Positions 27,401-36,216 of a stretch of DNA of 64,000 bases are shown here, piece after piece. This DNA comes from Tubiluchus corallicola. Taxonomy: Eukaryota; Animalia; Priapulida. The notes beneath the pieces are model-generated. The model had not been told where the DNA came from. It did not search any database and was given only the letters and a program-made list of their open reading frames with translations. Each line of letters opens with the position of its first letter. Positions within the stretch are counted from its first letter, which is position 1. The position numbers were made by a program, and so were the translations under genes. The stretch is from NCBI GenBank assembly GCA_030141605.1, contig JAQGDQ010000373.1, positions 1-64,000 of the forward strand, in the 5' to 3' direction.

Positions 27401-30400
27401 TGCAGTAACAGTGGTGAGCCATAAATCATGATATACAGTAACCCATTAACTTTTATCACGCGTAAGAACAAGTGCATAAAATGGAAAAAAATTTGGGTAA
27501 CGAGCTTATTTTATTCTAATATTAACCATTTTTTTTATTTAACAACAGTTACGACAAACAGTGGACAGTAGAGTTCATCTTTGACTAGCCCTGTATTATT
27601 GGCTGGTACCAATTCGTTAAAACTTTTCCGTAAAATCTGTATTTTTAGTGGTGGCACGAAGAGAAAGCTAAGCACGGCTGTTTCATTAGTTGGCAACCCG
27701 CCAATTATATTTCTTGATGAGCCATCCACTGGAATGGATCCTGTTGCTAAGCGGTTGCTATGGGACACATTATCACATTATCGAGCGAATGGAAAGTGTA
27801 TTATCTTGACTTCTCACAGGTGAAATCTTAAAACCTTGGGGGGCGGTGTGTATTTTTTATGCTAATTAAAAAAATTCTGAGAATTACTTTAATAATAAAA
27901 TTAATCAAATACCACGAATAAACATGTGCTTTGCGTACCAAAATTGTCCATAAACTCAGATCATAAACGTCCATAACTCGTCAATTAAGCTTTTCTAGTT
28001 ATTCACATATCCTGGAATCTCCATTTCATGAGGATCATTTTGATACCAAGTTCATCGCTCTGTGTTATTTCTAAGCTGAGATAATCCATGTTGAAGTTGA
28101 GGTGCAGGCTACACACCGAAATACATAACCTTGAGAAAATCACTGTCAAAGTTTGCTGTTGTTTTTGTTACATTTCTACAAAACACTTAGCAACTGTACA
28201 AATGTTGGTTGCTATGGACTTTGCAAGAGCACATTGATGTTATGTTTAAATCCAGTAGATGGCTCTTCCTGATCTGGGCTTGGCAACAAAAAAAACCGGA
28301 AGCAAAATGTCAACTTCCAGCAGCTACTTATGGGAGTTTGAAAATAGGAGTTTTTTACAATTGCAGTACTTGTTTTTAGATGAAAAAGTGGGTATTTTTT
28401 AGTGTTTTCTGAACACTTTCTTTTTAATTTGGTGCTAGAATATGAAAGTCCAACTTATTTAGCGTTTGTTTTTAGGAAATACGAAAAATTGACATTTGAC
28501 CAAATTTTTGGTTCATTCCACTTTGCAGTATCATATTGTAGAGTTAACTATGCTGACTTATGGATGGTTCTGGAATGCAAGCAACAAATAATATTATTTG
28601 CTGTTACAGGTAGTTGTTGACTTACGACCTATGCGACTTTCTGTTTCACTTTGCAATTTAATTAACTAATTACATAAAATTAAAATTCAAAATCAAAAAT
28701 TTTTACTTTTTTCTCTCAATGGTTACACAGTTGCCCCGTTTTGCCCATCTTTCAGTTGCACTGATAAACCGTAAAAAACATAAATTTGAAAAATAATAAA
28801 AACATTCGAATCAATTCAATTCAAAATTTTTACTTTTTTCTCTCAATGGTTACAAAGTTGCCCTGTTTTGCCCATCTTTCAGTTGCACTGATAAACCGTA
28901 AAAAACATAAATTTGAAAAATAATAAAAACATTCGAATCAATTCAATTCAAAATTTTTACTTGTCCCTCTCAATGGTTACAAAGTTGCCCTGTTTTGCCC
29001 GTATTTCAATTGCACCGATAAACAGTAAAAAAGATAATTGAAAAATAATAAAAACATTCGAATCAATTCAATTCAAAATGTTTTTTGACTCTCTCAATAG
29101 ATTACAAAGTGTTTGAAATTATAGTCAGTAAATTATATTAGCAAAAAAAAAGAGACGGGATGGCGAGAGACCAGTGGTCATCGAGCAGCCACCACTATAT
29201 AAATAAGTTATTTTTACATACCACGGGTTTTTTAATTTAGCATAAACACACGTTATGTCGATTTGTTGTGCTACTATGTGATATGGATTTAGTATTGTCT
29301 GGAGAGACAGTAGCTAAATTTGTGCAAATAAGATCAATTAAGTTAAAGGTATTTTGAAATTTATGGTAGCCAAATTCAGCAAAATAAATCAGCGTAATTG
29401 GATTAATTAATTTCTGTGGTTTATATATCGTTCAACGGTGGTTGTTATAGGCATATTTAGAATTCGTGGAAGGGCCACGACGTCCCGTAATGGGTGTTTA
29501 CACGGACCCAACTCTCGGAAAGAGATACAATGCTTCTTAAAAAGAGAGTGGACGGGGTTACAATGTGGTGTGGGTCTTGACTGAACGCGCCTCCACCAAG
29601 AGGCACAGTGACGAGTTGACTGGGGGTTCGATTTTGGGCTATTCTGGCTTAGAAGCTACAGTGATGTTTGCATTGTTCTGACGTCTTTCCATTGTACTCT
29701 GTGTAGAGATTTGCTGAAGCAAAAGCCGTTACTGGCTTTACGTTATGAATGAGAACTATGCAGGACGTTCGCATATTTTTGATTATAAGTGTCTTTGTAC
29801 GCAAAATTTTTTTAATAGTAATTAGTAATAGAATTAATAGAAATGCAGTTGCATGACATGCAGTATCAATTAACAATGAACTATTAAATAAGTTAAATAA
29901 ACTAAAATAAAAAACAAAACCAGTTATAACTCGCATTTCCTTCTATTTTTTTAAACAAACTAACTTTAAATTGCTATACTTGGCGCAGCCATACTTAGTG
30001 CACATACACATCTAAAGTCTTGCATGTAGGGGGCACACCACTTTAATATACGGGTCTGACTTGCATCCAATTCATCTTACGACCAATTTGCCAGAACATA
30101 TTGTGGTCGTTAGGGGTGGGCAGTTTCTACCAGTGTTTTGGATATAAGCACATAGTGCCTCCTTGTGTTTGTTTTTTTGCAAATTTAGGCTGTTGATAGA
30201 CAGGTGAGCTAGGACAGGAAATAGGCCATGGCCTCATTTTGCAGACAGGATAGGAAAGAAGTCATTCTTGTTCAGCACGTCGTGTCGTTTTATAACAAAA
30301 TTTTGTCAGTCGAGTTCTCTTTAGCAAGTTAGTAAGATGCGGCAAAGATGTAAGTTTGATTTCTTCATATTTCATAATATCATTATACATTTTCATTATA

Positions 30401-33400
30401 GCAGTTAATTATCCTTTTAACATTGGATTAGCAGAAAATGTTTTTATTTGCTTCAGATAAAACAAAGTCGAGTCGCACATAATATGTCAGTCAGTCAGTC
30501 AGTCATTCAAGTGATGATGTGATAGTGATTTTAGAATGAGATGATGATTGCAACTTTGGAATTCGAATCGAACTGAATTTCAGTATTTCGAATCCGAATC
30601 GAATTCGAACTGAGTTTGAAAGATTTTCGAACAAGTTTTCGAACCACTAGTAAAAGTGGTCTTACAAAGATATTAATATTAGTTGACTTTATTCTGCAGT
30701 AAAATCGCTAATAGTTTATTAGAAATTTTGCACAAAAACTGCAGCTAAATTATGCTAATTGCATGCTGTTTCAAACATTTTAATGATAAGGAACATATGT
30801 GGCTGAAAGGCTGAATTATTCAAATCTAAAATTGTAGGTTCAAATGGAAGTCAAGCTAAAAAAATCATTCTACGTTTGATACACCCCTAGTGGTCATAAG
30901 TTGACAACTACCTGTAATTTGAATGTCTGTATTTGAAATGATGACAGACAGAAAATAATGTTATTATAGTATAATTATTGTTTTGTGTTTATAGCATGGA
31001 GGAATGTGAGGCGTTGTGTACAAGGATAGGCATCTTGGTCAACGGTCAGTTAAAATGTCTCGGCAGTCCGCAGCATTTGAAAAACAAATTTGGACAGGGC
31101 TACACGGTCCTAGCAAAACTTTCTCGTCTACCGGGAGGAGACGTGCCCGACCCTCAGCCGTTTATTGATCATGTAATGTCGCTGTATCAAGATAAATGTT
31201 TACTAAAAGACATTCATCAGGTAAAAACATAAAAACGGCACAACGTTTTTACATTAAATCGGTAAAACTTTCTGCATTCAGAGGGACATTTACCAAAAGG
31301 CTGAATAGGCTGTAGCCTAGGCCTGTCCCAAATGACGGAATGTCCCAAATAAAACTTCAAATTTCGCATTGGCTTGCTAACGATTATTTATTCTGAGAAA
31401 ATAAAACAAAGCATTTTGCAAGTTCAGGAGATTACAAATTATTACAAAATGGGAACTGAATCAAAATATTTAGTAATTTAGGTATGAATTACAAAGATTT
31501 TGCGAATTACAACAGAATTGTACATGTAGCATTGCAAAGTAGAAAATGTTACATGAAATAGAAATTAAACTTCTTTTTTGAGTAATTCAAAAATAATAAT
31601 CATATTAAACTTACGTATATTGGACAAAACAGGTCACAAGTTTTAAAGGCATCAAAAAAGCTGCAGAAACAGGCCACAAGCTTAAAGGCGTCAGAAAAAC
31701 TGCAGAAACAGGTCACAAGCTTAAAGACGTCAAAAAACTGCAGAAACAGGTCACAAGCTTAAAGGCATAAAAGAAACTGCAGAAACAGGTCACAAGCTTA
31801 AAGACGTCAAAAAACTGCAGAAACGGGTCACAAGCTTAAAGGCGTCAAAAAACTTCAGAAGCAGGTCACAAGCTTAAAGGCATCAAAAAAGCTGCAGAAA
31901 CAGGTCACAAGCTTAAAGGCATCAAAAAAACTTCAGAAACAGGTCACAAGCTTAAAGGCACCAAAAAAGCTGCAGAAACAGGTCACAAGCTTAAAGGCAT
32001 AAAAAAACTGCAGAAACAGGTCACAAGCTTAAAGGCGTCAAAAAACTGCAGAAACAGGTCACAAGCTTAAAGGCGTCAGAAAAACTGCAGAAACAGGTCA
32101 CAAGCTTAAAGACGTCAAAAAACTGCAGAAACAGATCACAAGCTTAAAGGCATAAAAAAACTGCAGAAATAGGCCACAAGCTTAAAGGCGTCAAAAAACT
32201 TCAGAAGCAGGTCACAAGCTTAAAGGCATCAAAAAAGCTGCAGAAACAGGTCACAAGCTTAAAGGCGTCAAAAAACTTCAGAAACAGGTCACAAGCTTAA
32301 AGGCGTCAAAAAAGCTGCAGAAACAGGTCACAAGCTTAAAGGCATCAAAAAAGCTGCAGAAACAGGTCACAAGCTTAAAGGCATCAAAAAAGCTGCAGAA
32401 ACAGGTCACAAGCTTAAAGGCATCAAAAAAGCTGCAGAAACAGGTCACAAGCTTAAAGGCGTCAAAAAAGCTGCAGAAACAGGTCACAAGCTTAAAGGCA
32501 TCAAAAAACTGCAGAAGCAGGTCACAAGCTTAAAGGCATCAAAAAAACTGCAGAAACAGGTCACAAGCTTAAAGGCATCAAAAAAACTTCAGAAACAGGT
32601 CACAAGCTTAAAGGCACCAAAAAAGCTGCAGAAACAGGTCACAAGCTTAAAGGCATAAAAAAACTGCAGAAACAGGTCACAAGCTTAAAGGCGTCAAAAA
32701 ACTGCAGAAACAGGTCACAAGCTTAAAGGCGTCAGAAAAACTGCAGAAACAGGTCACAAGCTTAAAGACGTCAAAAAACTGCAGAAACAGATCACAAGCT
32801 TAAAGGCATAAAAAAACTGCAGAAATAGGCCACAAGCTTAAAGGCGTCAAAAAACTTCAGAAGCAGGTCACAAGCTTAAAGGCATCAAAAAAGCTGCAGA
32901 AACAGGTCACAAGCTTAAAGGCGTCAAAAAACTTCAGAAACAGGTCACAAGCTTAAAGGCATCAAAAAAGCTGCAGAAACAGGTCACAAGCTTAAAGGCG
33001 TCAAAAAAGCTGCAGAAACAGGTCACAAGCTTAAAGGCATCAAAAAACTGCAGAAGCAGGTCACAAGCTTAAAGGCATCAAAAAAACTGCAGAAACAGGT
33101 CACAAGCTTAAAGGCATCAAAAAAACTGCAGAAACAGGTCACAAGCTTAAAGGTATCAAAAAACTGCAGAAACAGGTCACAAGTTTTTACCAAATAATTA
33201 AATTAGGTTAAACCATTCAATCTAATCCATTGACGAAAAATAAAAACAAATTTTATTCTTGTTAACATGGTGCTGAAAGCACTGTGCCAATTTTGTCCTT
33301 ATTCTAGACCGATATGCTTTTCTAATTAATAATAGTAGTAGAGATTTTTTCTCTTTGCGGCACCTTGCCGAACCATTTTCCAATCTTTGGTTTGCAGATG

Positions 33401-33781
33401 ATACCAAAGATCTCTTTTGATTCAGGTAAGCATTTTTGTCGACAATGAAGAAAAATTTGAAAAGATAATTCGAAATAAAAGTGTATAGTGTCTTTTGGGA
33501 CACCTGACATTTTACTGTTTGTCTCACGGTTACGACTTAATTGAATTGTTCGCATCACTAGCTCAGAGTTCACTAGCTCTTCATGTATTTTACTTTGCGT
33601 TTCATAGGGCTTTGTACGGATGCACATACTGGACGTATCACTAAAGTTGTCCAGTATATTTCTAATGATGGAGAAAGCCAGAGTTGATTTTAATTTGGAG
33701 GACTATTCAGTGAGTCAAACGACATTAGAACAGGTCTTCTTAAACTTTGCCAAGTTGCAACGACCGGTAGTAGATACATAG
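1337..33781 (+). CDS. ABCA3: ABCA-subfamily (ABCA3-like) full transporter, copy A; 5'-partial, 17 exons from NBD1 to stop
   Basis: Exons 1337-1454, 3171-3325, 4716-4871, 5582-5792, 7710-7959, 9643-9737, 12232-12989, 15814-16078, 17912-18157, 18911-19104, 21592-21802, 22864-23355, 24157-24254, 26021-26208, 27649-27819, 30995-31220, 33608-33781 all have GT-AG ends and compatible phases (4008 nt). Motifs include two Walker A/B sets, LSGGQ/YSGGT signatures and C-terminal VFLNFA. The symbol is family-level; orthology is not established. Confidence 0.93.
1856..2510 (+). mobile_element. MITE family R1 (~640 bp, ~40-bp imperfect TIRs), copy 1
   Basis: Family ends TGTGTGCTTGCATAGCAAAATCGTCCATAAGTCGGCA / TGCCGACTTATGGACGGTTTTGGTTTGCAAGCACACA; 9 copies in the window; source of the recurring [15 protein letters not shown]-type ORFs. 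Confidence 0.85.
2717..3045. mobile_element. Foldback/MITE with long imperfect inverted arms
   Basis: caaatgtttggacagcaatcagctatcatcatcagtg pairs with cactgatgatgacagctgattgctgtccaaacatttg; inner arms agagcctgcagtatagaaaatt / aattttctatactgtaggctct. Confidence 0.7.
3171..3325 (+). CDS. ABCA3: ABCA copy A exon: NBD1 Q-loop
   Basis: catag|[52 protein letters not shown]|gtacg. Confidence 0.95.
3357..3974 (+). mobile_element. piggyBac-like MITE family R3, copy 1
   Basis: TTAA|CCCTTTCACTA...TAGTGAAAGGG|TTAA; homologous to 25126-25746 and 44850-45408. Confidence 0.9.
4545..4610. repeat. (CA)/(CACG) microsatellite
   Basis: catacacacacacgcatgcacgcacacacgcacgcacgc... Confidence 0.8.
4716..4871 (+). 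CDS. ABCA3: ABCA copy A exon: NBD1 signature motif
   Basis: attag|[52 protein letters not shown]|gtatc. Confidence 0.95.
4980..5463 (+). mobile_element. MITE family R2 (TIR CAGGGTTCCCAC), copy 1
   Basis: CAGGGTTCCCACGG...CTGTGGGAACCCTG with subterminal AGTCAGGGAAA repeats; no clear TSD; 6 copies in the window. Confidence 0.85.
5582..5792 (+). CDS. ABCA3: ABCA copy A exon: NBD1 Walker B, D-loop, H-loop
   Basis: caag|[23 protein letters not shown]...[18 protein letters not shown]...FLKHLYG|gtaac. Confidence 0.95.
6023..6659 (+). mobile_element. Probable solo LTR
   Basis: Starts TGTAGCG, TATAAAA at ~6297, ends ...GGTGCCATCA; GC-richer than flanks; TSD not evident. Confidence 0.4.
6985..7640 (+). 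mobile_element. MITE family R1, copy 2
   Basis: Colinear with 1856-2510. Confidence 0.85.
7710..7959 (+). CDS. ABCA3: ABCA copy A exon: regulatory domain 1
   Basis: gacag|[10 protein letters not shown]...GAELAFVLP...[13 protein letters not shown]|gtatt. Confidence 0.93.
8223..8751. mobile_element. Tigger/pogo-like MITE
   Basis: TA|CAGTGTTCCCTCG...CGAGTGAACACTG|TA. Confidence 0.85.
9242..9447. repeat. (CT)n microsatellite, ~200 bp
   Basis: Directly visible; explains the SL/RE-repeat ORFs. Confidence 0.97.
9643..9737 (+). CDS. ABCA3: ABCA copy A exon: short linker after R1
   Basis: ttttag|(G)[31 protein letters not shown]|gtata; phase 2 in and phase 1 out match both neighbours. Confidence 0.8.
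9845..10512 (+). mobile_element. 5S rRNA-derived (SINE3-like) fragment split by a MITE insertion
   Basis: gaagttaagcagcatcaaccctttttagtaagatgg [insertion] atggatggttgaccacctgg..tgctg aligns to the 5S box A/box C region GAAGCTAAGCAG...TTAGTACTTGGATGGGAGACCGCCTGG. Confidence 0.55.
9913..10477. mobile_element. hAT-like MITE
   Basis: TIR CAGGGATGT / ACATCCTTG with 8-bp TSD atagatgg / atggatgg. Confidence 0.75.
10844..11175. repeat. 54-bp minisatellite, ~6 units, inside an R5-family element
   Basis: Unit catgttaacaatgctgaacaattgacaccttttctcacttaacgatgcacgttt; the flank 11210-11440 matches R5. Confidence 0.9.
12232..12989 (+). CDS. ABCA3: ABCA copy A exon: TM7, ECD2, TM8
   Basis: [10 protein letters not shown]...YFNNQPFH...NHPLP...[12 protein letters not shown]; AG at 12230-12231, GT at 12990. 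Confidence 0.95.
13100..13720. mobile_element. Dispersed repeat family R10 (also ~8030-8222 and ~40860-41650 reversed)
   Basis: Shared gcacagagcttg.gttagca.cagtaac.ctgtataaaactt and gaaacctacttcaggtacccc blocks; class undetermined. Confidence 0.6.
14208..14370. repeat. 66-bp tandem repeat, ~2.5 units
   Basis: ctggacactcattaattc.tcgattca at 14208, 14274 and 14340. Confidence 0.85.
15072..15732 (-). mobile_element. MITE family R1, copy 3
   Basis: Reverse complement of R1. Confidence 0.85.
15814..16078 (+). CDS. ABCA3: ABCA copy A exon: TMD2 helices
   Basis: cttag|[18 protein letters not shown]...[21 protein letters not shown]|gtaag. Confidence 0.95.
16310..16895. repeat. 51-bp minisatellite, subfamily a (~11 units)
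   Basis: Unit gacgacaaaggttatttacaaaagttgtaaaatgtctaagtattctactta; starts at 16431, 16482, 16533... Confidence 0.92.
17161..17890. repeat. 51-bp minisatellite, subfamily b (~14 units)
   Basis: Unit gtggttacgagttgtaaaaatgtttcattattctacttacaagaagaaaca; ends ~20 bp before exon 17912. Confidence 0.92.
17912..18157 (+). CDS. ABCA3: ABCA copy A exon: TMD2
   Basis: cacag|GIVTLIWIG...[11 protein letters not shown]...SMACCP|gtgtg. Confidence 0.92.
18209..18849 (+). mobile_element. MITE family R1, copy 4
   Basis: Fills most of intron 18158-18910. Confidence 0.85.
18911..19104 (+). CDS. ABCA3: ABCA copy A exon: TM12
   Basis: ttcag|[44 protein letters not shown]...ILLP|gtatt. Confidence 0.9.
19253..20031 (-). 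mobile_element. MITE family R1, copy 5 (with ~140-bp internal insertion)
   Basis: Reverse-strand R1 interrupted at ~19720-19860. Confidence 0.8.
20047..20503. mobile_element. piggyBac-like MITE (second family)
   Basis: TTAA|CCCTTTCA...TGAAAGGG|TTAA; internal palindrome tgtatcccgtgggata(ca) present twice. Confidence 0.85.
20740..21270 (+). mobile_element. Decayed non-LTR retrotransposon 3' fragment (RT C-terminal part)
   Basis: [35 protein letters not shown] resembles YADD-LLAP and downstream RT motifs; stem-loop catggtggtc..gaccaccatg at ~21226-21263. Confidence 0.6.
21592..21802 (+). CDS. ABCA3: ABCA copy A exon: Ser-rich low-complexity linker (atypical extra exon)
   Basis: ttgcag|SSIRTSADL...KRKLSSLSD...QQQQNDA|gtaag; phase 0 in and phase 1 out is exactly what is needed to join 19104 to 22864 in frame. 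Confidence 0.78.
22561..22773. repeat. Imperfect palindrome/foldback, ~100-bp arms
   Basis: tcttagtagattca...ctttgatttaaaat / attttaaatcaaagc...tgaatctactaaga. Confidence 0.85.
22864..23355 (+). CDS. ABCA3: ABCA copy A exon: 17-aa repeat linker plus start of NBD2
   Basis: cacag|EVAATP([17 protein letters not shown])n..[12 protein letters not shown]...[12 protein letters not shown]|gtaag. Confidence 0.88.
22887..23160 (+). repeat. Coding 51-bp (17-aa) tandem repeat, ~5.3 units
   Basis: Unit tcatctgattggtcccagtcagtaccaggggaggacaaatatggtaaaaag = [17 protein letters not shown]. Confidence 0.92.
23551..24039 (+). mobile_element. MITE family R2, copy 2
   Basis: cagagttccc...ctgtgggaaccttg. Confidence 0.85.
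24157..24254 (+). CDS. ABCA3: ABCA copy A exon: NBD2 Walker A end
   Basis: cgcag|[33 protein letters not shown]|gtacg. Confidence 0.94.
24384..24824 (-). mobile_element. Probable solo LTR
   Basis: Termini TGTAACGG...CCGTAACA; on the minus strand TATAAAA (~24670) is followed by AATAAA (~24538); TSD unclear. Confidence 0.55.
25126..25746 (+). mobile_element. piggyBac-like MITE family R3, copy 2
   Basis: TTAA TSDs and CCCTTTCACTAC TIRs. Confidence 0.9.
26021..26208 (+). CDS. ABCA3: ABCA copy A exon: NBD2 Q-loop
   Basis: cacag|[32 protein letters not shown]...HADKLVIGY|gtaac. Confidence 0.95.
26287..26587. mobile_element. MITE family R6 (inverted copy at 47151-47454)
   Basis: TIR ggtcaaaggttaa.tgtacc / ggtacacttaac.tttgacc. 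Confidence 0.75.
26941..27353 (+). mobile_element. MITE family R2, copy 3
   Basis: caaggttcccacag...ctgtgggaaccttg. Confidence 0.85.
27649..27819 (+). CDS. ABCA3: ABCA copy A exon: NBD2 signature and Walker B
   Basis: tttag|[32 protein letters not shown]...IILTSH|gtgaa. Confidence 0.95.
27924..28583 (+). mobile_element. MITE family R1, copy 6
   Basis: Colinear with R1. Confidence 0.85.
28683..29110. repeat. 127-bp tandem repeat, ~3.3 units
   Basis: ggttac recurs at 28721, 28848 and 28975. Confidence 0.88.
30995..31220 (+). CDS. ABCA3: ABCA copy A exon: NBD2 end and R2
   Basis: tatag|[37 protein letters not shown]...KDIHQ|gtaaa. Confidence 0.95.
31627..33183. repeat. 38-39-bp minisatellite, ~40 units, with an internal 656-bp higher-order duplication
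   Basis: Unit aaacaggtcacaagcttaaaggcatcaaaaaagctgcag; rare variants recur at +656 (31961/32617, 32135/32791). Confidence 0.95.
33608..33781 (+). CDS. ABCA3: ABCA copy A terminal coding exon
   Basis: catag|GFVRMHI...[30 protein letters not shown](33779-33781). Confidence 0.93.
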   Translation, partial: GFVRMHILDVSLKLSSIFLMMEKARVDFNLEDYSVSQTTLEQVFLNFAKLQRPVVDT

Positions 33782-33926
33782 TACCATTGACATTACCATG
33801 AACTGTGAAAAAGCAGCATAAGATGTGGTGCAGTGGCATTTTCCACGATGCTTTGTGTGCCTTTGTGCATTTAAGTATATATCTATATACCTGTTGTTGA
33901 TAGCGTTTATGCACGATAGAATGTAT

Positions 33927-34512
33927 TTGTGTGCCTGCGTAGCAAAATCGTCCACAAGTCGGCAATTAAGTCTTTCTAGTTATTTGCATGTCCTGAATTT
34001 TCATTTCATGAGGATCATTTTGATACCAAGTTCATCACTCTATGTTATTTTTAAGCTGAGATAATCCATGTTGAAGTTGTGGTGCAGGCTGCAAATTGAA
34101 AAACGTAATCTTGAGAAAATCTCTATTAAAGTCAGCCATTGTTTTTTGTCGCGTTTCTACAAAACACTTAGCAACCGTACGAAAGTTTGGTTGCTATGGA
34201 CTTCACGAGAGCACATTGATGTTATGTTGAAAACAGTAGATGGCTTTTTCTGAAGCAAAATGATTGCTTCCATGAGCTTCCATGCTTCCAAAAAAGTGGG
34301 TAAGGAGTTATAAAATTAGATTTTTAGTCTTTTTTGGACATTTTCTTGATAATTTGATGCTAGAATTTAAAAGTCCAGTATAGTCAGCATTTGTTTTCTT
34401 AAAAAATAATAAATGGACATTTGACCAAATTCTCGGGTCATTCTATATGTCAGCATCATAATGTAGCTTTAACTATGCCAACATGTGGATGGTTTTGGTT
34501 TGCAAGCACACA
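33927..34512 (+). mobile_element. MITE family R1, copy 7 (in the presumptive 3' UTR of copy A)
   Basis: Colinear with R1, internal deletion. Confidence 0.85.
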
Positions 34513-34699
34513 CATATAGAACTGGAATTTTCAATATGCAGTATGTTCAGTAGATATTTATTCTATTTATTTTTGCTCTATGTATGCTGAATTGTGCACA
34601 TCTTAGGAAATGCTAATACAGTATATTGTATGACCCATATATGCCGTGTTTCTAGTCTTTTATCTTTAATATACATTCGAACAGTGTTGGTTGATGTAT

Positions 34700-34910
34700 T
34701 CATGCTGTGATACTGCAGCACTCCCTGTTTTCACTCATTATTATCGATAATATTCAATGTAATAAGTCTTTTGTCTTGAGCTCTTCTTTATACTTGTACG
34801 GAACTGGAGCACAAGAAGGTAGCACAATTTGCTTTACAGCCCAAGCAACGTGGTGTTTGCCTATTGTGCGCATAGGGCCATAGGCCATTGTACACGTCTG
34901 AGATAAGATG
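34700..34910 (+). mobile_element. Dispersed repeat family R8 (also ~38735-38995 and ~51530-51810)
   Basis: Shared ctgcagcac.ccctgttttcact.a.tat..ataatattcaat block; the copy at 51529 begins CAGTGGCG. Confidence 0.7.
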
Positions 34911-35968
34911 CTTGTAACGTGCCGAGGTTATTCGGTTAAAAACAAAATAACTACTGCCACCATTGTAACGTTTTGAGGGCTATTGCATTCGTAATTTTTA
35001 TATAATGATCAGGAAAATATACTACATGTATTTTCACGGGTTCGTCTGCTGTTTTTTAAGGCTGTTTAGTTAAAAACAAAACAAGATGAAACAAATTTTA
35101 AAGCTATAATTATTACAAAAGAAGAGTACAACAACAAGTCAACAATAAGAGCTCAAAATTACTGCTAGTAGCTTGCTGTGAAAACCCCCAAGGAAAGATG
35201 AGGATAGGAAAATGAATGTGCATAACTTATCTGAATGTTCATGACGATATTGTGCACAACTTGACGATCCTCCTCCCACAATAACAACGCTGATGCCGGC
35301 AACATGACGATCCTCCATGAGCCATAACAATGCAGATGACGACAGCTAATCAACGGCTTTCAGCAACCCTCTTGTAGTCTACAACACCAACGTACCAACA
35401 ACTGACTGGAATGGAATAACATCACACTTCTGTGGCTTGACCAGCTCTTCATACCATGTAACAGCAACGAGACTGAGAAAGACAGGCTATACAACAGGAA
35501 CACTGTTCTTTTAGCCAAAACAATACTTAGCTCAGCTCTCCATGGTAAAGAAGTTACATCACAGATCGTGTACCAGCCTTTCCAGACAAATACGTTAACT
35601 ACAGGTATGCTGGAACATGCCCACTGGTCAGACCAACAACGAACGTCTGTACCAGTGAAAGGTATCAACTCAACTGTTCAGAACAGGTATTGCTTTTTCT
35701 GCATAAGCAAACGAAGCTCTCCAACAGGTAAGTAGAAACTATTTTACGTGACAGGGGTGAGGAGGTGATGAAATGAAAGAACACATACAGCAGTGCAAGC
35801 CATTTACTATCAAAATTAGCAACATGCACCTAACAACGTTAGCATCTTTTGTTAGGTAGAGAAAGTAATGTCTCTAACTCAGTAACCATTGTCACGTGCT
35901 TACCGTGTACTTTCATATTCCTCGATGCGATAAAGTATAAACATGCTTAAAACATAAATTATTTAACA

Positions 35969-36216
35969 ATGGACGCCTTGCATCTCCAAGAAATAAGTTC
36001 TATGACTGTAAGTAAACTACAACAGCTTAATTTTTCACAGTTGTCTTTCCATGAGAAAGTTGCAGTTAAGAAAAGAGGCCGTTCATCACCTGATCTTCAA
36101 ATATAACTACAACATTAAAATTTCACATGTTTGTTTCGTTTTACACAGTATTAAAACAATGGCTAGAAAATCTCTGAAGCAGCACCCCCACTAATTTTAG
36201 CTATAAGATGCCGCTG
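35969..36216 (+). mobile_element. hAT-type transposase N-terminal remnant in an internally deleted element
   Basis: MDALHL...NFSQLSFHEKVAVKKRGRSSPDLQI* resembles the F..L...EK...K..GRP.PDL.I start of ZMYM1/Tip100-like hAT transposases as I recall it; element end ...gatgccgctg at 36216. Confidence 0.5.

Noticed and set aside
31627-33183. CRISPR-like array of ~38-bp repeats
   Set aside because: Monomers are head-to-tail with no unique spacers, there are no cas genes, and the context is a eukaryotic intron.
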